IMG/VR virus record: IMGVR_UViG_3300030616_000001 | Coordinates: 30,959-94,958 of that record | DNA length: 64,000 bases | Source: a virus | Reading direction: 5' to 3' (one strand) | In this document: positions 36,472-45,268 of the stretch, one piece after another | Layout of the letters: every line of letters starts with the position of its first letter | Numbering within the stretch: position 1 is the stretch's first letter | Notes under the pieces: model-generated | The model's database searches: none | Told to the model about the DNA's origin: nothing | Seen by the model: the letters and a program-made list of their open reading frames with translations, nothing else | Position numbers and translations under genes: made by a program

Positions 36472-37108
36472 CTTCTACCCCTTCCAGGCACCCCGTCCGC
36501 AGGGCGCGTCTCGCCACGAACCGTGACGACTTGTCGTTGGACTCGGCGGCGATCTCCCGCATCGGATCTGCCAGGAACTCGATCACGTTCGCCGATCGCC
36601 TGTTGGACCAGGCCAGCAACCAGTCGCGCTGCTCGTCCGGCCCAAGTGCCGCAGCCTCCGTGACCAACCACAGGTTGAGTTCCTCAAGGGCGCAGTCGGC
36701 GGGAGGCTCCACGTGGTCCAGTTCGGCCCGGCACCCACCGCTGCCATCGGACATGGCGCACCCGCCGCACCTGCTTGCCGGCAGCTTGCCGCGCTTCTGC
36801 TCCTCGAGGAACCGCATGTACTCCCTGTTGAGGATCAGGGCGTCCCGCTCGAACGCGAGGAGGACGTCGTCGCGCCCGTTCTTGATTAGGGCGCGGCGCT
36901 TTTGGTCGTTCTCCATGTGGCAGTCCAGGCACACCCTGGCCACCTCGTTGTCGGAAGGCTTGAGGCCCCGGCCGCCGTCGTCACCGAAGTGGTGAAGCTG
37001 GACCCAGGGGCGCGAGTTGCACAGGCAACACGGCACGTCGGCTGTGCGCTCGTGGCAGAACCGCAGGAACGCCTTGGACCGGTACGGCCTGGACTTGTGG
37101 ATCACCAT
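36440..37108 (-). CDS. DUF968/HNH-like Zn-binding nuclease-family protein
   Basis: YRSKAFLRF..PCCLC..HH...KPSD...VCLDCH. Confidence 0.7.
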   Translation of the reverse strand: MVIHKSRPYRSKAFLRFCHERTADVPCCLCNSRPWVQLHHFGDDGGRGLKPSDNEVARVCLDCHMENDQKRRALIKNGRDDVLLAFERDALILNREYMRFLEEQKRGKLPASRCGGCAMSDGSGGCRAELDHVEPPADCALEELNLWLVTEAAALGPDEQRDWLLAWSNRRSANVIEFLADPMREIAAESNDKSSRFVARRALRTGCLEGVEDGQDEDRMVR

Positions 37109-37605
37109 GTCCACCACCCGTCCACCCCGTTGCCGACGAGGCGCACCGCCCCCATCGGAGCCACGGCCAGCGGACCGGCGGCGCCGTCGATTGTTTCGCC
37201 TCCAGACGTGGCGATTGAGCTCGGTGCGACGGCCACGTTCTTGACCACGATCTGGCGGCCGATAGGGATCGACGTGGACAACGGCAGGGTGCCGATGATC
37301 CCCGGGTTGGCGAACACCACCAACTCCGCACCGTCCACGATGTTGCCGCTGGCCGCCATGGGCTGGATCGTGTTGAACTGGGCGCTGCCGCCGACGTTCT
37401 TGGAGTCGAGCCAGGCCGCGATCCCCTCCACCACGACGGGCCACGTCTTGGGTTCCGGTTCCCACGCGCCGCCAGTCGGCTGCGTCTCGCCGATGCTGTT
37501 CTCCACGTGGTCCCCGGGGGCACCGATCGCGATCCGCAGGTTGCCGTCGTCGGTCGCGTCGGCGACACCCTGGATCGCAGCTATGATGTCTGTTTTGGTG
37601 GTCAT
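37102..37605 (-). CDS. Fibre-domain paralog
   Basis: C-terminal TLP..GRQIVVKN..GGETIDGA..GW matches the repeats in 59842..60906. Confidence 0.65.
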   Translation of the reverse strand: MTTKTDIIAAIQGVADATDDGNLRIAIGAPGDHVENSIGETQPTGGAWEPEPKTWPVVVEGIAAWLDSKNVGGSAQFNTIQPMAASGNIVDGAELVVFANPGIIGTLPLSTSIPIGRQIVVKNVAVAPSSIATSGGETIDGAAGPLAVAPMGAVRLVGNGVDGWWTW

Positions 37606-37633
37606 CTACTTCTACCCCTTCCGCCCGGCCGCT

Positions 37634-38446
37634 TCAGCGCGGCGGGTTGAGTTCGCGGAACGCCTTCTTGAACAGGTGGTTCCACACGCGCAGATCCGAG
37701 GCCGTGACCAGGCCCTCAGCGCCGAAAAACTTCTGGTCGATGTACTGGACGTCGTGGTCCATCGGCAGTTCCCCGTGGAACAAGCCACGCGACCACCGAC
37801 CCACGACGGTGCCGCTCCTCGCCCCCATCTCTCGCGCCCACATGGTCACCGCTTCGTGGTCACCGTCGATGGAGGTGACGGACACGAGATGGGACACCGA
37901 GATCCCGTCGTAGCTGCGGGTCTTGGTCACCGTTTGCGGCGTTTCAGCCGCGGATGTAGCTCGAGGCCCCTCTGCTTCTTCGCCCTGGTCACCTGATCCA
38001 CCAGACCGAGCAGGACGAACGCGATCAGTGGTATCCCCATCAGAATCAGCCACACCATCGGCACCTCCGCTGCAGATCGGGTGGTAGGCCTTCCCGTCCC
38101 GGATCCTGGCCTGTCCCTCTGGGATCTGGCCGAGACACGCCGCGCACGTGGACTGGTCCACAGGTTCCGGGGCCTTGGAGGGCACGGCCTTGCGGGTCAA
38201 CTCCACCGCCTCGCCGTCCCCCATCTCGGCGACGACACGATAGATGCGGATCTTCTGGCGGCGGTCCGTTGACGGATCGGACGCGGCGAGCTCCACGCGC
38301 TGAACCAGGATCCGATCAGGCTCGACAAGCTCCGACGACTGGATCACCGCGTCGGGGTATCCTGGGCCGCCCTGGTAGGCGTCACCACGTTGCATCACCA
38401 GGGGCAGGTCGTACTCGACCGACCCGAACAGGTCCAGCCAGTTCAT
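37634..38446 (-). CDS. Hypothetical protein with CxxC..HxxC finger
   Basis: 270 aa; CAAC...YHPIC. Confidence 0.7.
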   Translation of the reverse strand: MNWLDLFGSVEYDLPLVMQRGDAYQGGPGYPDAVIQSSELVEPDRILVQRVELAASDPSTDRRQKIRIYRVVAEMGDGEAVELTRKAVPSKAPEPVDQSTCAACLGQIPEGQARIRDGKAYHPICSGGADGVADSDGDTTDRVRPARSGGSGDQGEEAEGPRATSAAETPQTVTKTRSYDGISVSHLVSVTSIDGDHEAVTMWAREMGARSGTVVGRWSRGLFHGELPMDHDVQYIDQKFFGAEGLVTASDLRVWNHLFKKAFRELNPPR

Positions 38447-38808
38447 TGCTGCGCCTTCGCCGCCCTGCGCTTCGCCGCCATCGTCTTGCCGGTCTTGATC
38501 GGCCCCTCCTTGGCGCGGCCTCCCACGGTGACGGCCTTGCGCCGCTCGCCGAATCTGGCAGGTTTCTTGGCCACGGTCATGGCGATGTCCACGTCCAGGT
38601 CGCCGCCGCTGTGGACCACGCTGACGGACAGGACCTCGAACCCGCGTTCCGTCGCGGCGGCACTAACCCTGTCCTTCCAACCCTTGCGACGCACCAGGGC
38701 CTTGACCGGCGCGTCCAGCTCCACGCGCTCGACAAGGGTAGTCGCCCCGCCGCCGCGTCCCTCTGCGTCGTGGCGGTAGATCCCCACCACTGCGTTTTTC
38801 TCGGTCAT
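38443..38808 (-). CDS. Basic hypothetical protein
   Basis: 121 aa, ATGA overlaps. Confidence 0.7.
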   Translation of the reverse strand: MTEKNAVVGIYRHDAEGRGGGATTLVERVELDAPVKALVRRKGWKDRVSAAATERGFEVLSVSVVHSGGDLDVDIAMTVAKKPARFGERRKAVTVGGRAKEGPIKTGKTMAAKRRAAKAQQ

Positions 38809-39107
38809 CCGTACCTCCGCTTCCTATGTGGTCGTGAGGGATCGTAGATCGGGCACGACCCGTTGTCTTCCAGATGATCGCAAGCACGCTTTTTCTCGCG
38901 GCACACACCGCGCCCGGTGAGGTGGCGACATTCGATGTTGTCGTCCAACTTCTCCACCAAGCCGCGGATGTACCGCAGCACCGACGGCCCCAGGAAGACG
39001 TTGCGCTCCAGCTGATCGCGGTACTTGAGCAGTCGCTTGTGGGCCTGGCCGCCGGGTCGTGCCTGCTTGATCAGGCGGTCCACCGTTTCGATCAGAGGAT
39101 CCGCCAC
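38805..39107 (-). CDS. Hypothetical protein with Cys cluster
   Basis: Start VADPLI with GGAGG RBS. Confidence 0.6.
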   Translation of the reverse strand: MADPLIETVDRLIKQARPGGQAHKRLLKYRDQLERNVFLGPSVLRYIRGLVEKLDDNIECRHLTGRGVCREKKRACDHLEDNGSCPIYDPSRPHRKRRYG

Positions 39108-39108
39108 G

Positions 39109-39930
39109 TCACTCCTCCCAGCTTTCGAGCGCCCTGTCGATCCTGGCGCGGTAGAACCGCACCGCGTCGATCCGCTCCCGCACCTTACCGAATCGGGCGC
39201 ACTTGCCGTTCTTCTTGAGCGCGTTGGGACCGCCCGCGTACACGGACATGGGACCGATCCAGTCCGCGTCCTCCCACGCGAACTGGTCCCCGTAGACGCC
39301 GCCGGCGCCGTCCTGTTTGCACTTTGGGATCTGCGATGCGATCCAGCGCGTCCCCAGCAACACACAGAGGCGCGGGTTGTGAAGCACCTTCTCAGGTGAG
39401 TAACCGGCCAGGGCATTGCCGTGCAGTTGCATCAGGCACACCTCGCCCCTGCCGTTCTCCCCGTCGTTGACCACGTCCGGCGTCACCGACGATTCCTTGG
39501 CGATCCAGTATCCGACGACGAGGTGATCGTTGAGTGCGCCAGGCAACTGGCCGCCGATGTCGGTCGGCCCGTCCTGGTACATCCGCACCGCGTCCACCAC
39601 GTACTCGGCGAACTCCGGGAACCGTTCACGGCGCGGATCCGTGTCCTTCGCGTTCTCGTCGTCGAACCACATCTCCCACAACTGGACGACCTCCTCGACC
39701 ATCCGTTCCTCGCTGGGCATGTACTCGGGCTGCTCAACAGCCTCCACCGCCACCTCGAGGTCCAGGGCCGCCGCCTCGTCGCACGAGCAGCAGTGCTCGT
39801 CGATCACAAGGACCGGGGGTTGCTCCACCATCCAGGGGCGCGTCTCCGCCTCGCCGCGGTCCGTGGACCCGGCGAGCAAGAATACCGCCGCAACGATACC
39901 GATCAGGGCGTAGGTAAGAACGTGTCGCAT
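39109..39930 (-). CDS. Secreted lytic transglycosylase-like (SLT fold) protein
   Basis: N-terminal signal/TM; AKESS...GEVCLMQL...SVYAGG resembles SLT motifs I-III. Confidence 0.6.
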   Translation of the reverse strand: MRHVLTYALIGIVAAVFLLAGSTDRGEAETRPWMVEQPPVLVIDEHCCSCDEAAALDLEVAVEAVEQPEYMPSEERMVEEVVQLWEMWFDDENAKDTDPRRERFPEFAEYVVDAVRMYQDGPTDIGGQLPGALNDHLVVGYWIAKESSVTPDVVNDGENGRGEVCLMQLHGNALAGYSPEKVLHNPRLCVLLGTRWIASQIPKCKQDGAGGVYGDQFAWEDADWIGPMSVYAGGPNALKKNGKCARFGKVRERIDAVRFYRARIDRALESWEE

Positions 39931-39931
39931 G

Positions 39932-40846
39932 TTATCTCCTTCCGATAGGCCACCCCTCTGCGAACTGCCAGAAAAGGTGACCGACTCTTTCCTCGAACTT
40001 CTCCCACGGGAACCCGGCCGGGTCCCACTTGCGCTTGGAGCACTGGAGGTGCCCGATCAGGCCGACGTGATCAGCGTGGCGGCCGAACACCTCGCGCGGG
40101 ATCTCGCCCTTGATGTTCCGTGGGAACTTGGGCGCCATCTTGAACATCTGCGCCAACTCCACGGCTGGGTTGAAGCCGACGTTGTACTTGCCGGTGCGGC
40201 GGCCGCCCAACATGCACACCGCTAACCAGATCCCAGCGGCCCACCTCGCCGTCGCCTCGACCTGGGGCTGCGGGAAACAGAACACCCGCTTCTTCATCCC
40301 CTGGAGCACCTGGGTTTCGACCTTGTGGGGCAGATTGCCGGTGCGCTTGCGGTTCGCCGGTGAGTAGTAATTGGGTCGCGCCGCCGCGTCGGGCCACAAA
40401 CAGCACTCGGCCCCGACGCTGATCTTGTTGTGGACCTTGCCCGCGTGGAACGCCATCTCCGCGGCGTTGAGGAACTGGTAGATCCTGCCGTCGTCCTCGA
40501 TGGCGAACTGAACGGACAGGCCCCGCTGGTTGTGGAGCACCTCCCGCATGATCGCCGGGTCGGCCCTGTCAGCGCCGCTGTGGTGGATCAGCACCTGGCG
40601 GATCCCCGCCACACCTCCGGGGCGCGACTTGTACCGCTTGCCCTGGATCACGCGGGTCCTGACCTTGCCGGTCTTCATGTCCTCGGTGGTGACCGTGACG
40701 CGGTTCTGCTCGTACTGGCCGAACCCGTCCTCCTCGTACCACTTGATCACCCTGGTGCCGATGTCGATCGCGGCCTCACCGATGATCAGCGCGTTGTCCG
40801 CGTTGAATGGTCCGCCCGCGAGCGCAATCTTCTTCGTGACTGGCAT
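39932..40846 (-). CDS. N-acetylmuramoyl-L-alanine amidase (Amidase_2) endolysin
   Basis: LIHHS, SVQFAI..DG.IYQ, AFHAG..N..SVGAE, IGH..K.DP. Confidence 0.9.
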   Translation of the reverse strand: MPVTKKIALAGGPFNADNALIIGEAAIDIGTRVIKWYEEDGFGQYEQNRVTVTTEDMKTGKVRTRVIQGKRYKSRPGGVAGIRQVLIHHSGADRADPAIMREVLHNQRGLSVQFAIEDDGRIYQFLNAAEMAFHAGKVHNKISVGAECCLWPDAAARPNYYSPANRKRTGNLPHKVETQVLQGMKKRVFCFPQPQVEATARWAAGIWLAVCMLGGRRTGKYNVGFNPAVELAQMFKMAPKFPRNIKGEIPREVFGRHADHVGLIGHLQCSKRKWDPAGFPWEKFEERVGHLFWQFAEGWPIGRR

Positions 40847-40879
40847 CGCGACATCCTCCTCTCTGGTTTCTACCGCCGA

Positions 40880-40888
40880 AGCATACCA
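40880..40888 (-). promoter_or_regulatory. Possible extended -10 promoter TGGTATGCT
   Basis: Intergenic upstream of the amidase; no clear -35. Confidence 0.35.
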
Positions 40889-40891
40889 CGA

Positions 40892-41278
40892 TCAGCCGTC
40901 GGACGGCGATTCCTGTCCCGGCCTGGATCCCTTGCGCACGATCTCGTCCAGGTCGCCTGGTCGTTGCGGCCCACCGGGGACGCGCCCCTGCGGCCCCTGA
41001 CCGCGCATCGCCGTGTTGACCACGGACGCCAGCGCAGCGGTCTGGATCGCCATCTCCACCTGGATTCCGTACACCTCGGCCCGCGCCTTGGTGGACGCGA
41101 TGGCCTCGATCGCGTGACAGTATCCCTCCGTGTCGTTGCGCTCCTGCATCGACTCGGCCAGCACCTCGAGCCGTTTGAGCTCGGGCGCGATGGCCGCGGC
41201 GATCCGGTCCTTGACCTTCTGCTCCATCGAGGACGACGCCTCCTGGGGCTGTTCCTTGTTCTCGGTGTTGTCGCTCAC
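40892..41278 (-). CDS. Hypothetical protein
   Basis: Start VSDNTE, GTGA overlap. Confidence 0.65.
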   Translation of the reverse strand: MSDNTENKEQPQEASSSMEQKVKDRIAAAIAPELKRLEVLAESMQERNDTEGYCHAIEAIASTKARAEVYGIQVEMAIQTAALASVVNTAMRGQGPQGRVPGGPQRPGDLDEIVRKGSRPGQESPSDG

Positions 41279-42594
41279 AGCTTCTCCCTCCTGTCCGCGA
41301 AGTGCGGCTGGTTCCACGGGTCGATCTCGTCGTAGTCGGGCGGCAGCAGTTCCACCACCTCCACCTCGCCGTTTGGCAAGACGTCGTCCACGGCGTCGTC
41401 GTACTCCATGCCGAAGTCCAGGGCCAACTCGGCCGGCTCAACGGAGATCCACGCGCACACCGCTGCCCGGTCACCGTTGGCGTCTATGGTCCGCTTGTCC
41501 CCGAGGATGCGGATCAAGTAGCCGCCGCCGCCGGTCCACTTCTCCACCAAGTCGGTCGGGGGCACCGACCCGTCGCGCACCACGAACTGTGGCACGTCCG
41601 TCCCCTCCAGGCCCGCGTTGATCGCCTCGGTGTTGTACTCCTCCAGGGTAGCCGACACGGCACGAAGCAGGCGTCCCTGGTCCGGGACCGGCTCCGGTTC
41701 CTCGTTCGTGTCCTCGTCGTGGTCCTGGTCCGGTTCCTCGGGAGGCTGCGGGGAATCTGCGTCCTTGTCCAGCCCGGGGATCTCCAGGGTCTTGACGTCG
41801 GCGCCGACCTGATCGGCTGTGAGGTAGCCCGACTCGTACGCGAGCTTGTCCCGGACGGTCGCCCGCAGGTCACGGATCTTGCGAGCCGTGGGTTCGGGCT
41901 TGGAGTCCTGTGCGGCGATCCGTTTCGCGTCCGCCTCGGCCGCCTCGCACGCCTCGAAAATCTGGAGCGCGTCCTGGGGGGCACCGGACAGGAAGTCGGC
42001 GCAGATCCACTCCAGCGCGTGGCCCTGCCACGTTTGTTCGCGGAACCGGTCCTCGCCGCACTGCATGATGCGGATCACCTCCATCGCCTTGTCGATCACG
42101 TCCTTCTGGTCACCCTTCATGATGCGGAACCGCAGGGTCACGTACTGCGCCCCGACGCCGCCCGTCCCGTCCCCAACCTTCTCCCCCGGGGCGTCTCCGG
42201 CCTCGTCCGGGGTGTCATCCGGCGTGATCACTGTGTTGGCCAGGGCGTACAGGACCTCCTGCTTGCCCACCCGCACCTGGGCCACGTTGCCCTTGACGCT
42301 CGCCCGCAGTCCGCACTTGGCGCAGACCAGGGAGATCGCGGTCTTGGTGCGCTTCTTGACCTCGTATCGAGTGGAGCCACACTGGCACGCCACGATCATC
42401 GACTCCATCGTGGGCTTGCCCGTCTTGGGGGGCTTCTCCGGGTGGTTGTCCTTCTTCTCCTCGGGCGCCGTGGTCGGCGCGTCCTTCTTCGCCGCCTCCT
42501 TCTTCGCCGGGGTCTTTTCCGCCACCTTCTTGGTGGCGCCCTTCTTCGCCGCAGGCTTCGCGGCGGCCTTCTTCTTCTTCTGTGCCTTTGCCAT
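41275..42594 (-). CDS. Hypothetical protein with histone H1-like K/A/P-rich N-terminus and Zn ribbon
   Basis: MAKAQKKKKAAAKPAAKK...; CQC/CAKC; ALEWICADFL. Confidence 0.75.
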   Translation of the reverse strand: MAKAQKKKKAAAKPAAKKGATKKVAEKTPAKKEAAKKDAPTTAPEEKKDNHPEKPPKTGKPTMESMIVACQCGSTRYEVKKRTKTAISLVCAKCGLRASVKGNVAQVRVGKQEVLYALANTVITPDDTPDEAGDAPGEKVGDGTGGVGAQYVTLRFRIMKGDQKDVIDKAMEVIRIMQCGEDRFREQTWQGHALEWICADFLSGAPQDALQIFEACEAAEADAKRIAAQDSKPEPTARKIRDLRATVRDKLAYESGYLTADQVGADVKTLEIPGLDKDADSPQPPEEPDQDHDEDTNEEPEPVPDQGRLLRAVSATLEEYNTEAINAGLEGTDVPQFVVRDGSVPPTDLVEKWTGGGGYLIRILGDKRTIDANGDRAAVCAWISVEPAELALDFGMEYDDAVDDVLPNGEVEVVELLPPDYDEIDPWNQPHFADRREKL

Positions 42595-42611
42595 TCCTGT
42601 CCTTCTCCTTC

Positions 42612-44081
42612 CTAGTAGTCGTCCGTCCAGTGGCGCGGGGTATCCTGCGCCGGTTTCTCTCTGTCGTTGAAGAAGTCGTCCTGTGCGGGCGCCGGTGCCG
42701 CGTCGGGCGGCGGCGCTCCGTCGTGCTTGGGTGCCACGTACTTCCCGGACTTCTCGTCGGGGAATGGGCCGTCCCGGTCTACCTCCCATGACCGAATGTA
42801 CATCCGAGTCATGTCCGACCACAACCTGATCGTGCCTGTCTTGCCGTGAGTGGCCTTCGCCACGATCAGCTGCATGTCCGGGTCCTCCTCGCAGCCTTGC
42901 TTGTAGTAGCCGCGGCGGTACACGAACCACACCACACGAGCAGCCTGCTCGATGGCGCCGCTCTGGCGCAGATCGTGCAGGGAAGGGCGCCGATCCCGGC
43001 GGTGCTCGACCTCGCGGTTCAGCTGGCACGCGAGCACCACGGGGATGTCCAGTTCCTTGGCGATGTCACGGCACCCCTTCGCCGCGTTCTCGATGCTGTG
43101 TGTCTGGTTGTCCCCCTTGTCCGTCAACTCCCCGAGGTGGTCCACCACGAGAAGGTCCAGGCCGTGCAGTTGCTTGTGGAGCGCCGCGATCTGGCCGATG
43201 CGCTCCGAGGACAGGCCCGGGGTGTCGTCAACCCACAGGGGCAACCCGTGGATCTTGTTCGCCGCCGACATGATCGGCCGCCAGTCGTCGGGGTGGACGG
43301 TCCGCATCATCAGGTCGTTGAGGTCCACGTCGGCGAACCGGGCCAGTTCCCGCATCGTCACGTAGCGCCGAGCGTCCTCGGTTGGAATGTACAAGGTGTG
43401 GCGCCCGTCGAGCGCGGCGTTGGTGAGCATGTTGAGGACGAACGCCGACTTGCCCATGCCCGGTCTGCCGCCGACGATGGTGAGGAGGCCCGGCCACAGG
43501 CCGCCGGTGAGGGTGTCCACGTTCTCGATACCGGTGCGGACCAGGCCCGGCGGCATCTTGCCAGTCTCCAGGTCGCTGATCAGACCCGCCAACTCCTCAC
43601 CGATCTTGACCGGTCCTTCCATCGCCCCAGTGGTGGCCGCGATGGTGACCGACTTCCGTGCCGCGGCCAGGTACTCGGACACGTTCTCCACGCGCCCGAA
43701 TCCGCGAGCCACAATCTCCTGGGCCGCGTAGATCATCCGGCGCACCGCCGCCTGCTCCTTGACGATCTTGGCGTAGTGCTCCACGTTTGCCACCGTCGCC
43801 ACCGAGTCGGTGAGTTCCCCGATGATCATCGGGCCGCCGATCTTGTCCAGGTCCCCGCGCTTGATCAACTCGTTGCCCAGCGTCACCGCGTCGATCACCG
43901 ATCCGGCGCGGGAAAGCTCGAGCATTGCGTTGTAGATCCTGCGGTACGCGTCCACGTAGAAGTCGGACTGGTCCGAGATGGCGCCGCCGACGATGGGCAA
44001 CGCGTCGTTGTTGAGCAGAACCGCGCCGAGACACGCCCCTTCTGCTTGTTTGTCGTAAGGTGGCACTCGTCCCTCGATCAC
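42612..44081 (-). CDS. dnaB: Replicative DNA helicase
   Basis: PPYD..AE, GGRPGMGKS, LVVDHL, CQLNREVEHR..RP.L.DLRQSGAIEQ. Confidence 0.97.
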   Translation of the reverse strand: MIEGRVPPYDKQAEGACLGAVLLNNDALPIVGGAISDQSDFYVDAYRRIYNAMLELSRAGSVIDAVTLGNELIKRGDLDKIGGPMIIGELTDSVATVANVEHYAKIVKEQAAVRRMIYAAQEIVARGFGRVENVSEYLAAARKSVTIAATTGAMEGPVKIGEELAGLISDLETGKMPPGLVRTGIENVDTLTGGLWPGLLTIVGGRPGMGKSAFVLNMLTNAALDGRHTLYIPTEDARRYVTMRELARFADVDLNDLMMRTVHPDDWRPIMSAANKIHGLPLWVDDTPGLSSERIGQIAALHKQLHGLDLLVVDHLGELTDKGDNQTHSIENAAKGCRDIAKELDIPVVLACQLNREVEHRRDRRPSLHDLRQSGAIEQAARVVWFVYRRGYYKQGCEEDPDMQLIVAKATHGKTGTIRLWSDMTRMYIRSWEVDRDGPFPDEKSGKYVAPKHDGAPPPDAAPAPAQDDFFNDREKPAQDTPRHWTDDY

Positions 44082-45265
44082 CTCACTCCTCCTTTCCCAC
44101 GGCGGGTGGAGCGCACTCTCTCCTCCAGGTCCGTGCCGTGTCTGTATTGGTCGTCGTCGCTGCGACGGGCCGGTTTATCCTGGTCCCGCACCGCAGCGTT
44201 CCAGATGAATCGCCCGAGATCGCGCTTTGCCTTGCGCGGGTTTGCGTAGGTCCACCCAGCGAGCTTGTTGACCAGGGCGGCCACGTCCACGTTGGGACAG
44301 GAGTCATCGAGCTTGGCCGCAAGGCCGACGCCGCGCTTGTTGCCGATGTTCTCCCACATGGTCTGTTCGCCCGCGCCAGGCACGGTGAACTGGACAGTCT
44401 GCATCGCGTGGTAGATCGCCCGGAGCCTGTCCGATGCCCCGGGAGGTGGAGGTGGAGGACCAGGATCGCCGAGAGGGAGGGAAGGCGGATCCCGCCTGAC
44501 CTCACCACCTCTCTTCCCTGATCCTGATCCTGATCCCTGATCCTGATCCTGATCCTGGCTTCCCAAGGGTGGGACGTGACCCTTCTCAAGGGGTGGCACC
44601 TGACCCTTCTCAAGGGGTATCGGATCCACCGTCTGCCAGAACGCGGCCACGTCGGCTGCGATCTTCTCGGGGTGACACGCGACGCACAGGAATTGCAGGT
44701 TGGTCACGTCGTCGCTGCCGCCCAGGATCTTCGCCACCACGGTGTCCACTTCCAGGTCCTCCGTGGCGCCGCACCTGGCGCACTGGTTGCCGCTGCGCTT
44801 GATCAACTCGCGCATCGTCGAGATTTTCGGCCGCCAGCGATAGGCTTTCGGACGGACACCGTGCAAGTGATAGGCGTCACGGTACTTGGCGATGAACAGG
44901 GGCACCAGTGGTGAGACGATCCTCTCCAACTCCCTCACCACGGCGGTGCGCCGGTTGTCCTTCGGCGCGAGCTCCTCCGCGACTTGGAACCGCGCCATCT
45001 CGAGAACGAACACGGTTTCGGTGTCGTGGTCGTAGACGCAGAACCCCATGTCGCAGAGTCGCGCCATCGCGTCGGTCACGGCACCGATCGCCAGGCCCGT
45101 GTCCTGGGCGATGTACATGATCGGGCAGTAGTACAGGCCGGTCATTGACGAGTGAGGGGACGTGATCAGATAGAGGGCCAGAACCTGCGCGTCCCGGTCG
45201 TCGCGCAACTCCTTGCCCGTGTCCCCGATCCAGAACCGGCCCGAAACTATGGAGTAGTCGCGCAT
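44078..45265 (-). CDS. Phage replication initiator with inserted degenerate HNH domain
   Basis: FW...LALYLITSPH...GLY N-terminus typical of phage initiators; precedes dnaB; CARC..VDT..GG...NL..LC..CH. Confidence 0.75.
   Translation of the reverse strand: MRDYSIVSGRFWIGDTGKELRDDRDAQVLALYLITSPHSSMTGLYYCPIMYIAQDTGLAIGAVTDAMARLCDMGFCVYDHDTETVFVLEMARFQVAEELAPKDNRRTAVVRELERIVSPLVPLFIAKYRDAYHLHGVRPKAYRWRPKISTMRELIKRSGNQCARCGATEDLEVDTVVAKILGGSDDVTNLQFLCVACHPEKIAADVAAFWQTVDPIPLEKGQVPPLEKGHVPPLGSQDQDQDQGSGSGSGKRGGEVRRDPPSLPLGDPGPPPPPPGASDRLRAIYHAMQTVQFTVPGAGEQTMWENIGNKRGVGLAAKLDDSCPNVDVAALVNKLAGWTYANPRKAKRDLGRFIWNAAVRDQDKPARRSDDDQYRHGTDLEERVRSTRRGKGGVR
44516..44618. repeat. Iteron-like repeats TGACCCTTCTCAAGGGGT x2 plus tandem GATCCT array (candidate origin)
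   Basis: Copies at 44577-44594 and 44601-44618; six GATC sites in 44520-44554. Confidence 0.65.
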
Positions 45266-45268
45266 CGC

